A DNA stretch of 64,000 nucleotides from Lachnospiraceae bacterium (GTDB lineage Bacteria > Bacillota > Clostridia > Lachnospirales > Lachnospiraceae). Below, piece by piece: positions 51,205 to 60,863 of this stretch (the first letter of the stretch is position 1; each line of letters begins with the position of its first letter). Where the stretch lies: NCBI GenBank assembly GCA_024683645.1, contig JAIKYA010000090.1, forward strand, positions 530 through 64,529. The letters are read 5' to 3'. Made by a program: the position numbers and the translations under genes. Under the pieces are notes generated by a model. The model was given only the letters and a program-made list of their open reading frames with translations, searched no databases and had not been told where the DNA came from.

Positions 51205-52344
51205 ATGCGATGGACAGTTTCAGACAAGCTTATACTTCTCGGGGGGTGCATGTTTTCAACTTACATGCTCTCCTCGGCTTTTTCCAAGGAAGCATCCATC
51301 ATATGGATCCTTATCACACTTGCCGTACTGCTGCTTACGGAACTCAGAAAAGATGCAATGACTGCATACCTTCTATGCGCGGCACTTATCATCACTTCGC
51401 TTTTTGTACCCCCGTTGCTGACAGCAGCTCCGGCTGTCGCATATTCGCTTTATTCGGCTTTTAAAAAACCCGAAAAAGCCGAACCGTATCTCAGCATATT
51501 TATCATGCTCGCACTTATCGCGGAAGAGCTCATACTCACCTGCGGCAATGCAGGATACATATTGTTTTTCTTCACTCTGCTTGCTGTCTACCACGCAGTA
51601 AAGACTTCCAGTCATAAAAAAAGCGAGCACAGCCTGATAGACCGTTATGACAACGCCAGGGAGGATTTCATAAATACGAAACGCCTCGGCGAGGAGATAA
51701 TGAAAAACGCCGATAACGAGGTATATCTCGCACGGCTTAAGGAACGCAACAGGATCGCCCGCGAGATACATGATAACGTCGGACATATGATAACCAGAGT
51801 TATCGTACAGGTACAGGCGCTGAGTATCATAAACAAGGATCCGAAAGTTTCCGAACAGCTGGCATCCGTCAGTGAAACTCTTGACCTCGCAATGACAGGG
51901 ATACGCAAAAGTGTTCATGAGCTCCATGATGATTCTATCGATCTGTCCCTTGCCATACATGAGATAGCCGGCACTCTTCCGCAGTCTTTCGATACGGATA
52001 TCACTACGTCCATCGATTCTCCGGCGGACAATAATACAAAAAGCGTTATACTCGGTATCATTAAAGAAGCCGTTACCAATATCTCCAAGTACAGCAAAGG
52101 CGATAAGGTCCGCATCGAAGTGATCGAGAACAATACCTTCTGGAGGGTCCGCGTGTGGGATAACGGCTCTAATCCCGAGAGAGAACTGCTCCTGACGGAT
52201 GAGTATTTTTCATCCGGAGGACTGGGACTTACAAATATCGCGACTCGCGCAAAAAGCCTCGGTGGGCGGGCAAGCCTTATCAGTAATGCGGAAGGTTTTG
52301 AGATCATAACAACTTTACCGAAACCGGAGGTCAAAAAAACATGA
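51205..52344 (+). CDS. HisKA_3 sensor histidine kinase
   Basis: ERNRIAREIHDNVGH, EAVTN, DNG, GLGL. Confidence 0.93.
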   Translation: MRWTVSDKLILLGGCMFSTYMLSSAFSKEASIIWILITLAVLLLTELRKDAMTAYLLCAALIITSLFVPPLLTAAPAVAYSLYSAFKKPEKAEPYLSIFIMLALIAEELILTCGNAGYILFFFTLLAVYHAVKTSSHKKSEHSLIDRYDNAREDFINTKRLGEEIMKNADNEVYLARLKERNRIAREIHDNVGHMITRVIVQVQALSIINKDPKVSEQLASVSETLDLAMTGIRKSVHELHDDSIDLSLAIHEIAGTLPQSFDTDITTSIDSPADNNTKSVILGIIKEAVTNISKYSKGDKVRIEVIENNTFWRVRVWDNGSNPERELLLTDEYFSSGGLGLTNIATRAKSLGGRASLISNAEGFEIITTLPKPEVKKT

Positions 52345-52970
52345 TAAAGATACTTATAGTAGATGACGATCCTCTTGTATCTTCTTCTCTTAAGGTAATA
52401 CTTGATTCGGAAGATGATATTGAAGTGGCAGACACTCTGTCTTCAGGTGCAGAGGCTGTTGAATATGCAAGAAAACATACGCCCGATGTGATCGTCATGG
52501 ATATACGCATGGACGGCATGAACGGTCTTGAAGCCGCAGAAAAAATGCTCGCGGGCGATCCGGATATAAAAGTGCTCTTCCTTACCACTTTCCTGGATGA
52601 CGAATACATCAACAAGGCTCTGAAGATAGGTGCTAAAGGCTATATAATCAAACAGGACTGCAAGGCGCTGGCAGACAGCTGCAGAGCTGTTTCCAAGGGC
52701 CAGATCGTCTTCGGCGGAAAGATAGTAGACCGTCTGCCGGATCTTCTTAACAGAAAAGAACAGTTTGATTACGCGAAATACGGTATAGGTGATAAAGAAA
52801 AACAGCTTATCGAACTTGTTGCTGACGGCCTCTCCAATAAAGAGATAGCCGACACCATGTTCTTAAGCGAGGGAACGGTACGCAATATGATGAGCCAGGT
52901 CCTCTCAAAGCTCGATCTCCGCGACAGGACGCAGCTGGCCTGTTTCTATTACCAAAAGATCAAGCCCTGA
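52341..52970 (+). CDS. NarL/LuxR response regulator
   Basis: IVDDD, MDIRM, GLSNKEIA, RDRTQLA. Confidence 0.95.
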   Translation: MIKILIVDDDPLVSSSLKVILDSEDDIEVADTLSSGAEAVEYARKHTPDVIVMDIRMDGMNGLEAAEKMLAGDPDIKVLFLTTFLDDEYINKALKIGAKGYIIKQDCKALADSCRAVSKGQIVFGGKIVDRLPDLLNRKEQFDYAKYGIGDKEKQLIELVADGLSNKEIADTMFLSEGTVRNMMSQVLSKLDLRDRTQLACFYYQKIKP

Positions 52971-52984
52971 GCAGACAGAGTTTT

Positions 52985-54151
52985 CTACTCTTCGGGCCGG
53001 TTTATATATACCACTCTGCTGTCTGTTTCAAGGGCCGCATACGAATATACTATCAGTATATTATCATAATGCTCTTTCTCTGCCAGTTTGCGGAGTCCGT
53101 ATGAGTAATTTCTGTAATCTACTATGCCTATCTGTTCAAAATCATCTGCCATGAACGGAACAAGACAATTTGCAAAACTGTCCTTTACTATCAGAATACG
53201 TCCCGTTCCATTTCCCGAAATTACCGAATAAGCATTGTTTCCATCCAGAAACGCCGAATACTTGTCATATCCGGCAAGTTTATCTTCATTGATCAGTGGT
53301 GTCTGCTTTTCTTCTTCAAACTCTGCATCTCCGGAAACTCTCTTGATACTGATAGTTGTATCAGACGGAAAATACATTATCTTATCAGGCTCCGCTTTAA
53401 AATATCTTGACTTGGCATAATGGGTACCAAAAAATCCATCCGTTTCCTTAGCATTCTTCCAATCATAATATACGGCATCCTTACCGAGGCTTTCTGCCAA
53501 TTCATTATAAGCATAATAAGCCCCCAGTGTTGTCCAGTGATGATCATTTCGATAATATATGTATTCCGTGTTATGTTCCGTTAAGACCGGAAACAGATCC
53601 ACAACTCTGCACACTCCGGAAAGCCTGTTATTGATCTCTGATATTTTTTCAGCTTCCGGCTCCTGCGGCGCATGAGCGGGTAGCTTCTCGGGATTTATCG
53701 AAGCAGCTGAAGGAATTATCATAACACTTACCGGGATATCACTTTCGGAAGCAAATGCCGTAATCTCATCAATATTCCTGTCTAAGCGGCTGTCACTCCC
53801 ATATCCTTTAAAATCCTTTGCAAAGAGTCTGGCCTCTTTACCTATCAGGATACCGTTTTCCTCGGTCTTCATCATTATCATTTCATCTGCGAAGCACTTT
53901 GTTTTTATCCAAAACTGACGCAGTGCAACATTGTCGTTAATGTGTGATGAAAACTGTTCACCGTAACTGCCGTCTGCCAGTACATCCATAGACAAATGCG
54001 GCATTGAAACTGCCTTCCTGTTCTCCTCATACAGGATATCCGCATTCGGAAGTATGATCGTTGCCAAAGAGAGCACGACGATAAACATCGCTGCCAAAAT
54101 TATAAAAATCTTATTATTTAATTCAACGGACCGCATATTATCATCTTTCAT
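52985..54151 (-). CDS. DHHW family protein (AlgJ/AlgX-like O-acetyltransferase)
   Basis: ENR, YYRNDHHWT, KDSFAN. Confidence 0.88.
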   Translation of the reverse strand: MKDDNMRSVELNNKIFIILAAMFIVVLSLATIILPNADILYEENRKAVSMPHLSMDVLADGSYGEQFSSHINDNVALRQFWIKTKCFADEMIMMKTEENGILIGKEARLFAKDFKGYGSDSRLDRNIDEITAFASESDIPVSVMIIPSAASINPEKLPAHAPQEPEAEKISEINNRLSGVCRVVDLFPVLTEHNTEYIYYRNDHHWTTLGAYYAYNELAESLGKDAVYYDWKNAKETDGFFGTHYAKSRYFKAEPDKIMYFPSDTTISIKRVSGDAEFEEEKQTPLINEDKLAGYDKYSAFLDGNNAYSVISGNGTGRILIVKDSFANCLVPFMADDFEQIGIVDYRNYSYGLRKLAEKEHYDNILIVYSYAALETDSRVVYINRPEE

Positions 54152-54159
54152 ATCGTTTA

Positions 54160-55545
54160 TCAGAAAACTGCATATAGCGCAGCATTATTTGTATTTCCGA
54201 CCACATATGCAAAACATACAAATATCAGCAGAAGCGAAACAGCATTTTCAATCCTGACATTACGTAATAACGTCTTCTTTAAATATCTATATATTCCTCC
54301 CGATACTAACAATGCGAGAATGAATATGATACCGTAATTCCTAATATAATATAAAGCAGAAATCCCTCCTGAAAAAGAAAACATTCTTTTAAGCAGGACG
54401 GTGAGGTTTACCCTTCCATGAGATGCAAAAACAGCCCACCCTATAACAGCGGCAGCTATGGTGAACAGTCTGCCGGCATATTTTTTCTTTAACACTCCGG
54501 CAAGTATGTATTTTTCAACAACAAGTATGATAAAGCAATATACACCCCAGATCAGAAAATTGGCTGTTGATCCATGCCATATTCCCGTAAGTATCCATAC
54601 GATAAACATATTGATGATCTGTCTGAAGATCCCCTTTCTGTTTCCTCCAAGCGGGATATAAATATAATCCCTGAACCACTCTGTCAGAGTGATATGCCAT
54701 TTTCTCCAAAAAAGCGAAAAACTATCCGCACAATACGGATAATCGAAATTCTCCCTACATTCGAATCCCATTATCTTCGACAGACCGTTACTCATATCAG
54801 AGTAACCTGAAAAATCCAGATATAACTGCAGTGAAAATGATAAGACCGCGAACCATGCCAGCCCCGACGATGCCAGTGAAAGATCCATACCGTTCTCCGC
54901 TGCGATTTCCTGCCACATCAGTCCAAGCGAATCTGCGAGAACAACCTTCTTTGCAAGACCGTATACAAACTGCCGTATCCCCTCCGCACATCTGCCGGTT
55001 TCAAACCTTGATCCTTTCTGTTTGAGCGCGTCTTTTATATCAATATACCGGATGATAGGGCCGACTATTATCTGCTGGTACATCAATACATATGCGGCAT
55101 AATCCACCGGATTCTTTTCCGGCCTGCATTTGCCCTTATATACATCACAAAGATAACTGATCGATTTGAATGTAGCGTAACTTACACCCAGAGGAATGAT
55201 ATCGGGCATCTCAAAATCTCCGCGCCCGATGCTTGCTAACAGATCCGACAGGTATGTACCGTACTTGAATATCATAAGCGGAGCCAGATTTATAACTATG
55301 CTTAAAACCAGAATGATCCGTTTTCCGTTATGGCCGGACTTTGATGAACCAAGATACAGAGCCAGAATATAGTCTGTTACGATAAGGATCGATAATACAG
55401 GCAGATACCTGAGTGCACCAAATGAATAAAAAATAATACTCTCTGACAGAAGAACCGCGTTTTTCATTTTACCCGGTACTATATGGTACAACAGTATAGC
55501 TGCCGGAAAAAAGAATAATAAAAACGTTGTACTGTTAAAGAGCAT
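54160..55545 (-). CDS. MBOAT O-acyltransferase (AlgI-like)
   Basis: GPIIRY, GLAKKV, DFSGYSDM, FWRKWHITL, GIWHG. Confidence 0.93.
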   Translation of the reverse strand: MLFNSTTFLLFFFPAAILLYHIVPGKMKNAVLLSESIIFYSFGALRYLPVLSILIVTDYILALYLGSSKSGHNGKRIILVLSIVINLAPLMIFKYGTYLSDLLASIGRGDFEMPDIIPLGVSYATFKSISYLCDVYKGKCRPEKNPVDYAAYVLMYQQIIVGPIIRYIDIKDALKQKGSRFETGRCAEGIRQFVYGLAKKVVLADSLGLMWQEIAAENGMDLSLASSGLAWFAVLSFSLQLYLDFSGYSDMSNGLSKIMGFECRENFDYPYCADSFSLFWRKWHITLTEWFRDYIYIPLGGNRKGIFRQIINMFIVWILTGIWHGSTANFLIWGVYCFIILVVEKYILAGVLKKKYAGRLFTIAAAVIGWAVFASHGRVNLTVLLKRMFSFSGGISALYYIRNYGIIFILALLVSGGIYRYLKKTLLRNVRIENAVSLLLIFVCFAYVVGNTNNAALYAVF

Positions 55546-55550
55546 AGCTG

Positions 55551-56048
55551 TTATCCCTCAAACGCCTCTTTTATGGCATTTACCACATCTTCATTATCTA
55601 CATTCAGTCCTGCTATCGCAAGAACCGCATAATCACCGTAAATATATACTCTTGCCTGCTTCGTTTTCTCTATTTTATCAGCAAACTCCACGTACAGATC
55701 ATTTGCTGTCAACCCTGCCAGATAGTCTGACAGTTGCTGTTTTAGCTCTCTTACCTTTCCTTCTTTTGCTTTTGCTACAAATATCAAAGAACAGTCACTC
55801 TGTGAGTTAGTTACCACCCCTCTGTATTCATCAATGATTTCCGGATCAAGTACCATTTCATTTTCTACAGCAAAATCGTCAATTATCCTTTCATCGGTAA
55901 CCGGATTTACTGCCTTGATCTTATCGACTACATCATCTATGGATATTACAGCGGCACTTTCCTCTGTCTCACTCTTATCCGAACCACAGGCATTAAATGA
56001 ACACATACAAGTCAACATAGTCAAAAACAGGATTATCTTTTTCTTCAT
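55551..56048 (-). CDS. Putative lipoprotein (DUF4358-like)
   Basis: Lipobox NAC; size and position before MBOAT-DHHW. Confidence 0.65.
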   Translation of the reverse strand: MKKKIILFLTMLTCMCSFNACGSDKSETEESAAVISIDDVVDKIKAVNPVTDERIIDDFAVENEMVLDPEIIDEYRGVVTNSQSDCSLIFVAKAKEGKVRELKQQLSDYLAGLTANDLYVEFADKIEKTKQARVYIYGDYAVLAIAGLNVDNEDVVNAIKEAFEG

Positions 56049-56068
56049 GCTTCTTACCTCCGATATGA

Positions 56069-57130
56069 TCATTCCAGTCTCCACAGATCTATCCCTATAT
56101 CTCCATCTGCATTTTCCAGCAGCATATTGCTCCATATATCAACAGTATATTCATCCCCGTAATATACTGTATGTATCCCTTCCTCTGAATCAAATGAATA
56201 ACTCAGGGCACCATTGTCCTCACGCTTTACCCCGGCTCCTTTCTCTTCAGCAAGAGCTTTCGCGCTCTCTGACGTGAGAGAACGGATCGTTTTTCCGTCA
56301 GGTCCCCATTCAAATCCGCCGTTGGCGAGCGCGTAATCCGCATCAATACTTTTAAATTTATTATACGTGTTTTTCAGGAATCCTTCATCCGCTTTCGGCC
56401 CGGGGCCGCTGTGATTTCCGTAAAGATTGTAGCACATCACAACATACTGCGGTCCCTCCGGAAGATCCATTTCATCTACCGGTGTTGATACCGGAAGGAC
56501 CACCCTCAGCTTCATTTTCTCGGAAACCGTCCTTGAATACAATTCAGATACAAAACCAGTATACTCGTCCCATAGATCATCACACTTATGTATATTTTCG
56601 TAATCCAGTTCGATCCCGTCAGATCCTATGCTCTTAGCCTGTTTTATCATATCATCGATGATCATGTCCGACAATTCCCCGTCTGTTAATACATCCCGTA
56701 TAAAATCCGCGGACTTCTGCGTCGAACTGCCATCAGGATGAATAATATCATTTATGAATGAAATATATATTTCATGCTTGTCGGATAGATTTCCGTCGCT
56801 GAATTTCGATGTGAGTTCGTCCAGCTTTTCCGGTATATATATCTTATAATCCTCCGAATATATACATCCGAATATCACCAGATCGGAATATTGTGAATAC
56901 TTATCAGCATCATCCGCCGTATCCGGATCCCAGTATACACACCATGCTGCCTTTTTGATAATATTTCTGCTGTCATCTTGATCGCTGTTATACGGTGTTT
57001 CGGAATGCACGTTCTGTACTATAGTACCGTTTTCATCCTCACCGGAGGTACCGATCCCGGTATCTCCCTTCCTGCCGCATGCAGTGAGCAATATAAGCAT
57101 TAAGATTGTTAAAATGAAACGATCTTTCAT
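56069..57130 (-). CDS. GH18-like glycoside hydrolase lipoprotein
   Basis: Lipobox LTAC; DGIELDYE; MCYNLYG..SGPGP. Confidence 0.82.
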   Translation of the reverse strand: MKDRFILTILMLILLTACGRKGDTGIGTSGEDENGTIVQNVHSETPYNSDQDDSRNIIKKAAWCVYWDPDTADDADKYSQYSDLVIFGCIYSEDYKIYIPEKLDELTSKFSDGNLSDKHEIYISFINDIIHPDGSSTQKSADFIRDVLTDGELSDMIIDDMIKQAKSIGSDGIELDYENIHKCDDLWDEYTGFVSELYSRTVSEKMKLRVVLPVSTPVDEMDLPEGPQYVVMCYNLYGNHSGPGPKADEGFLKNTYNKFKSIDADYALANGGFEWGPDGKTIRSLTSESAKALAEEKGAGVKREDNGALSYSFDSEEGIHTVYYGDEYTVDIWSNMLLENADGDIGIDLWRLE

Positions 57131-57134
57131 TTTA

Positions 57135-59030
57135 TTACAGATTCTCCACAAACCAATCTATAGTTTTATTCCACCAGACCGCAAGCGAATGACCTGCGTA
57201 TTCTTTTCCATGAAGCCTGTTATCATACAAAACCGTATCATTATCTTCCGAGGCAAGGCTTGTGATCACCAGATCGCCATAGTGTCCTTCATAAACATCA
57301 TCACTGATATTTCTTTGATTATATTCCTTTTCCTGAAGCACTGCAGACTCAAGTTTTACAGCCCCGGCAGACAGGGTATTGATCTTACGATCTTTCAATG
57401 CCTCATATCCGTTTACGGATATGTTAAGCTTATCCTCTTTCAGCTTTATAACAACATCCCATTTTGCGGGTATATGAGTTTCAATGACCGGAACATACGG
57501 ATCAGCTCCATCTTTAACTGTCCTGACAGCCTGTTCCGAAATCTCCTTCCCCTCCATGCTGTAGGCCATTCCCTCTTCCCAGGTTTCGGCACTGCCGGAG
57601 CGCATCTTATATTCTCCCGCCAGAGAATTCCTTTCATCTTCTTCTACCGAGACATACTCCGTTCCCATGATCTCGTCAAGATTTACCTTTGCGATCTCAG
57701 TCCCATTATCGCTTACTATCATATCCCTTATACGAAATGTTATCTTTATCCCGCTGTCACTGTTACCATCGCTGCGCAGTATTATAGACTGATCACCGCA
57801 ATAATTTCCGGTAAGAGAGGTTTCTACTTTAACGTCCTTATATTCCGAACTGTCCTTAAGTGAAAGCAATCCCCTGCCATCCGGAAGCGATACCAGATAG
57901 ATTTCATTATCCTCAAATTCCGATACTCCTGCCTGAGTATCCCATAAATCTGCCCTGGCCTTGTCTCCTTTTACAAACATTATATTGCTTTTTTCGGATT
58001 CATCCAGATCGTCCCATATTCTCATAAGCAGGTGATTGACAGTCCAATACGGCTGGGCCTGTAATCTTGTAAGATCAAACATATCTGTATCTATAGTATT
58101 TACCGAATATCCCTCTCTGTTAATATTCAGCGAAAACAGATTTTCCATGTTTTCTCTGTTTACTTCACTGACGCGTACATTATTGCCAAACATATCCGTA
58201 TTCGAATGCATTAATATATATAATCCTGGAACATATCCAAGTTCTTTTGTATAAGTTTCCTTCATCAGCTCATAATCATAGCTGATCCTCTCTTTCATTC
58301 CGTCATAAGTCTCAAGCGGCATATAATCTTCATCACGATAGTAATCCATCAGATAATGATTGTACTCTCTTCCGAGATACTTCTTAACCGAATTGTACTC
58401 AAGCGAATCCATCTCTCCTAGAAATCTTCCGTATCGGTCAAATACGTTTATATATGACAGTCTGTATCCGTTTGTACCATTCTCCCAATAACTGCTCTTC
58501 TCAAGCTTGACAAGATCTTTCGAGCTGAGCTTTTTCGAATCTTTTATCGTCAGGTTATCTGCATAGCTGAGCATTGTGGCGATATAATTATTCTGTTCGA
58601 GAGCGGGCTGTGAATAGAGGGCTGTATCCACCCTTCCATCCTCAAAAACCAGGAAAAGTGCCTTTTCCGGCAGCGCTTCTCCCTTTTCGTAATAGTCTAT
58701 TATATCCTGTTGGGTAATGGTGACATATCCCAAAGCTTTGAGCGCACTGAGCTGTTTTTCATAATTCTTAACCGAAACGAGGGTATCTGTTCCGCTGCGA
58801 TCGATCCCCAGATATGAAATGCAGATAAATCCATTATCCTTTCCTGTCACGGTATTATCATCATTTCTGTCAAAATGAGCATATTCATTTTGAGATCTGA
58901 ACAGCCGTATAAGCATAAATACAACAAGTCCGATGATCACCAGTTCGATCACAGACCTTATAAAGACTCTAACATCCGTTTTTGTCTCAAACCATTTTCT
59001 TTTTTTATTCTTTTCCTTCACTTTTTGCAT
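57135..59030 (-). CDS. Polysaccharide deacetylase-like (IcaB/PgaB-type) membrane-anchored protein
   Basis: QLSALKALGYVTIT, LPEKALFLVFEDG; C-terminal beta-rich domain. Confidence 0.75.
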   Translation of the reverse strand: MQKVKEKNKKRKWFETKTDVRVFIRSVIELVIIGLVVFMLIRLFRSQNEYAHFDRNDDNTVTGKDNGFICISYLGIDRSGTDTLVSVKNYEKQLSALKALGYVTITQQDIIDYYEKGEALPEKALFLVFEDGRVDTALYSQPALEQNNYIATMLSYADNLTIKDSKKLSSKDLVKLEKSSYWENGTNGYRLSYINVFDRYGRFLGEMDSLEYNSVKKYLGREYNHYLMDYYRDEDYMPLETYDGMKERISYDYELMKETYTKELGYVPGLYILMHSNTDMFGNNVRVSEVNRENMENLFSLNINREGYSVNTIDTDMFDLTRLQAQPYWTVNHLLMRIWDDLDESEKSNIMFVKGDKARADLWDTQAGVSEFEDNEIYLVSLPDGRGLLSLKDSSEYKDVKVETSLTGNYCGDQSIILRSDGNSDSGIKITFRIRDMIVSDNGTEIAKVNLDEIMGTEYVSVEEDERNSLAGEYKMRSGSAETWEEGMAYSMEGKEISEQAVRTVKDGADPYVPVIETHIPAKWDVVIKLKEDKLNISVNGYEALKDRKINTLSAGAVKLESAVLQEKEYNQRNISDDVYEGHYGDLVITSLASEDNDTVLYDNRLHGKEYAGHSLAVWWNKTIDWFVENL

Positions 59031-60861
59031 TTCTTTTTTTCTTCTTTTTCTCCATGTATTCTATATCATTGGTTGTCATTCTTGTTCCCCATGTCGACTT
59101 CCAGAATGTCAATATAGCTATAGGCATCTGCCATAAAAGAACAGCTTCATAATACAGGCAAAACAAAAAACCGTATATCCAGGTCGTACTTTTTCTCAGG
59201 AACAATTGGGCAGAACTCATCATCATTGCCATCATTATCATTCCTATAACAAAGGTTGTCGGGAATGCATGAGTTGTGATCGGAACATAAAGCAGATTAT
59301 AAATAACTATGACCGGTGCCAGGATAGGAACCATCAGGCCTATATAAAAGAACAGAGATGCAAAGGGCTCTTTCCTCCATATGAACCTGCCCGCTATAAA
59401 AGATTCTCTCAGCCACGATCTTTTCCATCTCATCTGCTGAGTAAGGAACGTTTTATGGCTTTTGGGAACAATGGTTGAACATATCGCCGTGTCCTGATAA
59501 TAAGTCCTGTGATCCCGAAGCATGATATTTGTCAATGATCTGTCATCACCAAAAGTTGCCTTTTGTCCCATAAATTTCTGACCAAGCCATTTGTCCAGCT
59601 TTTCAAGTACTACTTCTTTTTTATAGCACGACAGCGGGCCTGATAAGCATGTTACACAGTGGAAATAACTTTCTGCGGCTTTCATTATCCTGAATGCAAT
59701 ATAATATCTTACAGATTGCAGCTTGGTCAGCGAATTGGTATATGTATTCGCAACATCGGTCCTTCCCGTTACCCCTGCCATTTTAGGGTCTTTAAAGGGC
59801 TGCACTATATTTCTTATTGCGGCAGGATCCAGAAAGCTGTCTGAATCAACAAATACTACATATTCATGCTTTGCATCTTTCAGCCCCGCAGCAAGAGCTT
59901 CCCTTTTCCCAAGATTTTGAGGCTGAACGATCAAACGCACCCTTTCATTGATCTTAAACCCTTCTTCCTCGGTTTTTTCCAGATCATCTATCACTTCCCT
60001 GATCTTTTCAACGGAATTATCAGAAGAACGGTCATCAACAACAATAACCTCCAGTTTGTCCGAGGGATAATTCTGATTGATACAGCTCAATATAGTCCTT
60101 TTGATCCACTCTTCTTCATTAAAACAAGGAATTACGATCGATACTCCGGGGGTAAAACCCGGGTCTATCTTTACAGGCCTGTATAGTGCTCCGAACAAAT
60201 AACGGCTAAGCAGAAAAACAGCAGTAATGATACTATATAAATATAAAATGAAGTTATACTTCAGATATATGATACTTTCCGAACGCATCAACAGTATGAA
60301 CAGACTGATCGCGAACAGGAGAGTTGAAGACATGGTAAGAACATATCTGTCTTTTCTCTTTTTTACATAGCTTGAGAGATTCTCTGTAAATACCAATCCC
60401 ACATGATAATTTCCCGAATCTGTTTCCTGAAACCTTGCTACCCTGGCAAAGGTATTTATATTCATTTCAAATCCTTCAGGCATCGAACCTGGTTCAACAT
60501 GAAATTTCAGACGGATCTTCTCTGCTTCTTCAAGAGCATCTTTTTCGTTTTCCGTCACGCAGATACCTATTCCTGTCATAGATACATCAAAAGACTGCAC
60601 GATGAAGCTTTCCTTCTTTTTATTCTTTTGCGTGGTGACACGTACTTCATATTCATTGAGGTATCTTATTCCCAGCTGTCTTTTCCCCATCTGCTCTGTG
60701 AATGATTCATCAGATGCTTCCATACCTCCTCTTCGATCCGTCAGCATTCTCTTTCCGCCAACAGAAGGAACATCCGGAAGAGATCTTCTGTCACTCTTCA
60801 CATGAAGAAACACATCTTCTTTATTCTTATGTTTATTTATGATATTATCGATAAACTCCAT
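59005..60861 (-). CDS. PilZ-GT2 processive glycosyltransferase (hyaluronan synthase/NodC-like)
   Basis: RQLGIR + DVSMTG PilZ motifs; DDRS, DSD, CLSGPL, GDDR, QQMRW. Confidence 0.88.
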   Translation of the reverse strand: MEFIDNIINKHKNKEDVFLHVKSDRRSLPDVPSVGGKRMLTDRRGGMEASDESFTEQMGKRQLGIRYLNEYEVRVTTQKNKKKESFIVQSFDVSMTGIGICVTENEKDALEEAEKIRLKFHVEPGSMPEGFEMNINTFARVARFQETDSGNYHVGLVFTENLSSYVKKRKDRYVLTMSSTLLFAISLFILLMRSESIIYLKYNFILYLYSIITAVFLLSRYLFGALYRPVKIDPGFTPGVSIVIPCFNEEEWIKRTILSCINQNYPSDKLEVIVVDDRSSDNSVEKIREVIDDLEKTEEEGFKINERVRLIVQPQNLGKREALAAGLKDAKHEYVVFVDSDSFLDPAAIRNIVQPFKDPKMAGVTGRTDVANTYTNSLTKLQSVRYYIAFRIMKAAESYFHCVTCLSGPLSCYKKEVVLEKLDKWLGQKFMGQKATFGDDRSLTNIMLRDHRTYYQDTAICSTIVPKSHKTFLTQQMRWKRSWLRESFIAGRFIWRKEPFASLFFYIGLMVPILAPVIVIYNLLYVPITTHAFPTTFVIGMIMMAMMMSSAQLFLRKSTTWIYGFLFCLYYEAVLLWQMPIAILTFWKSTWGTRMTTNDIEYMEKKKKKRNAKSEGKE

Positions 60862-60863
60862 TA

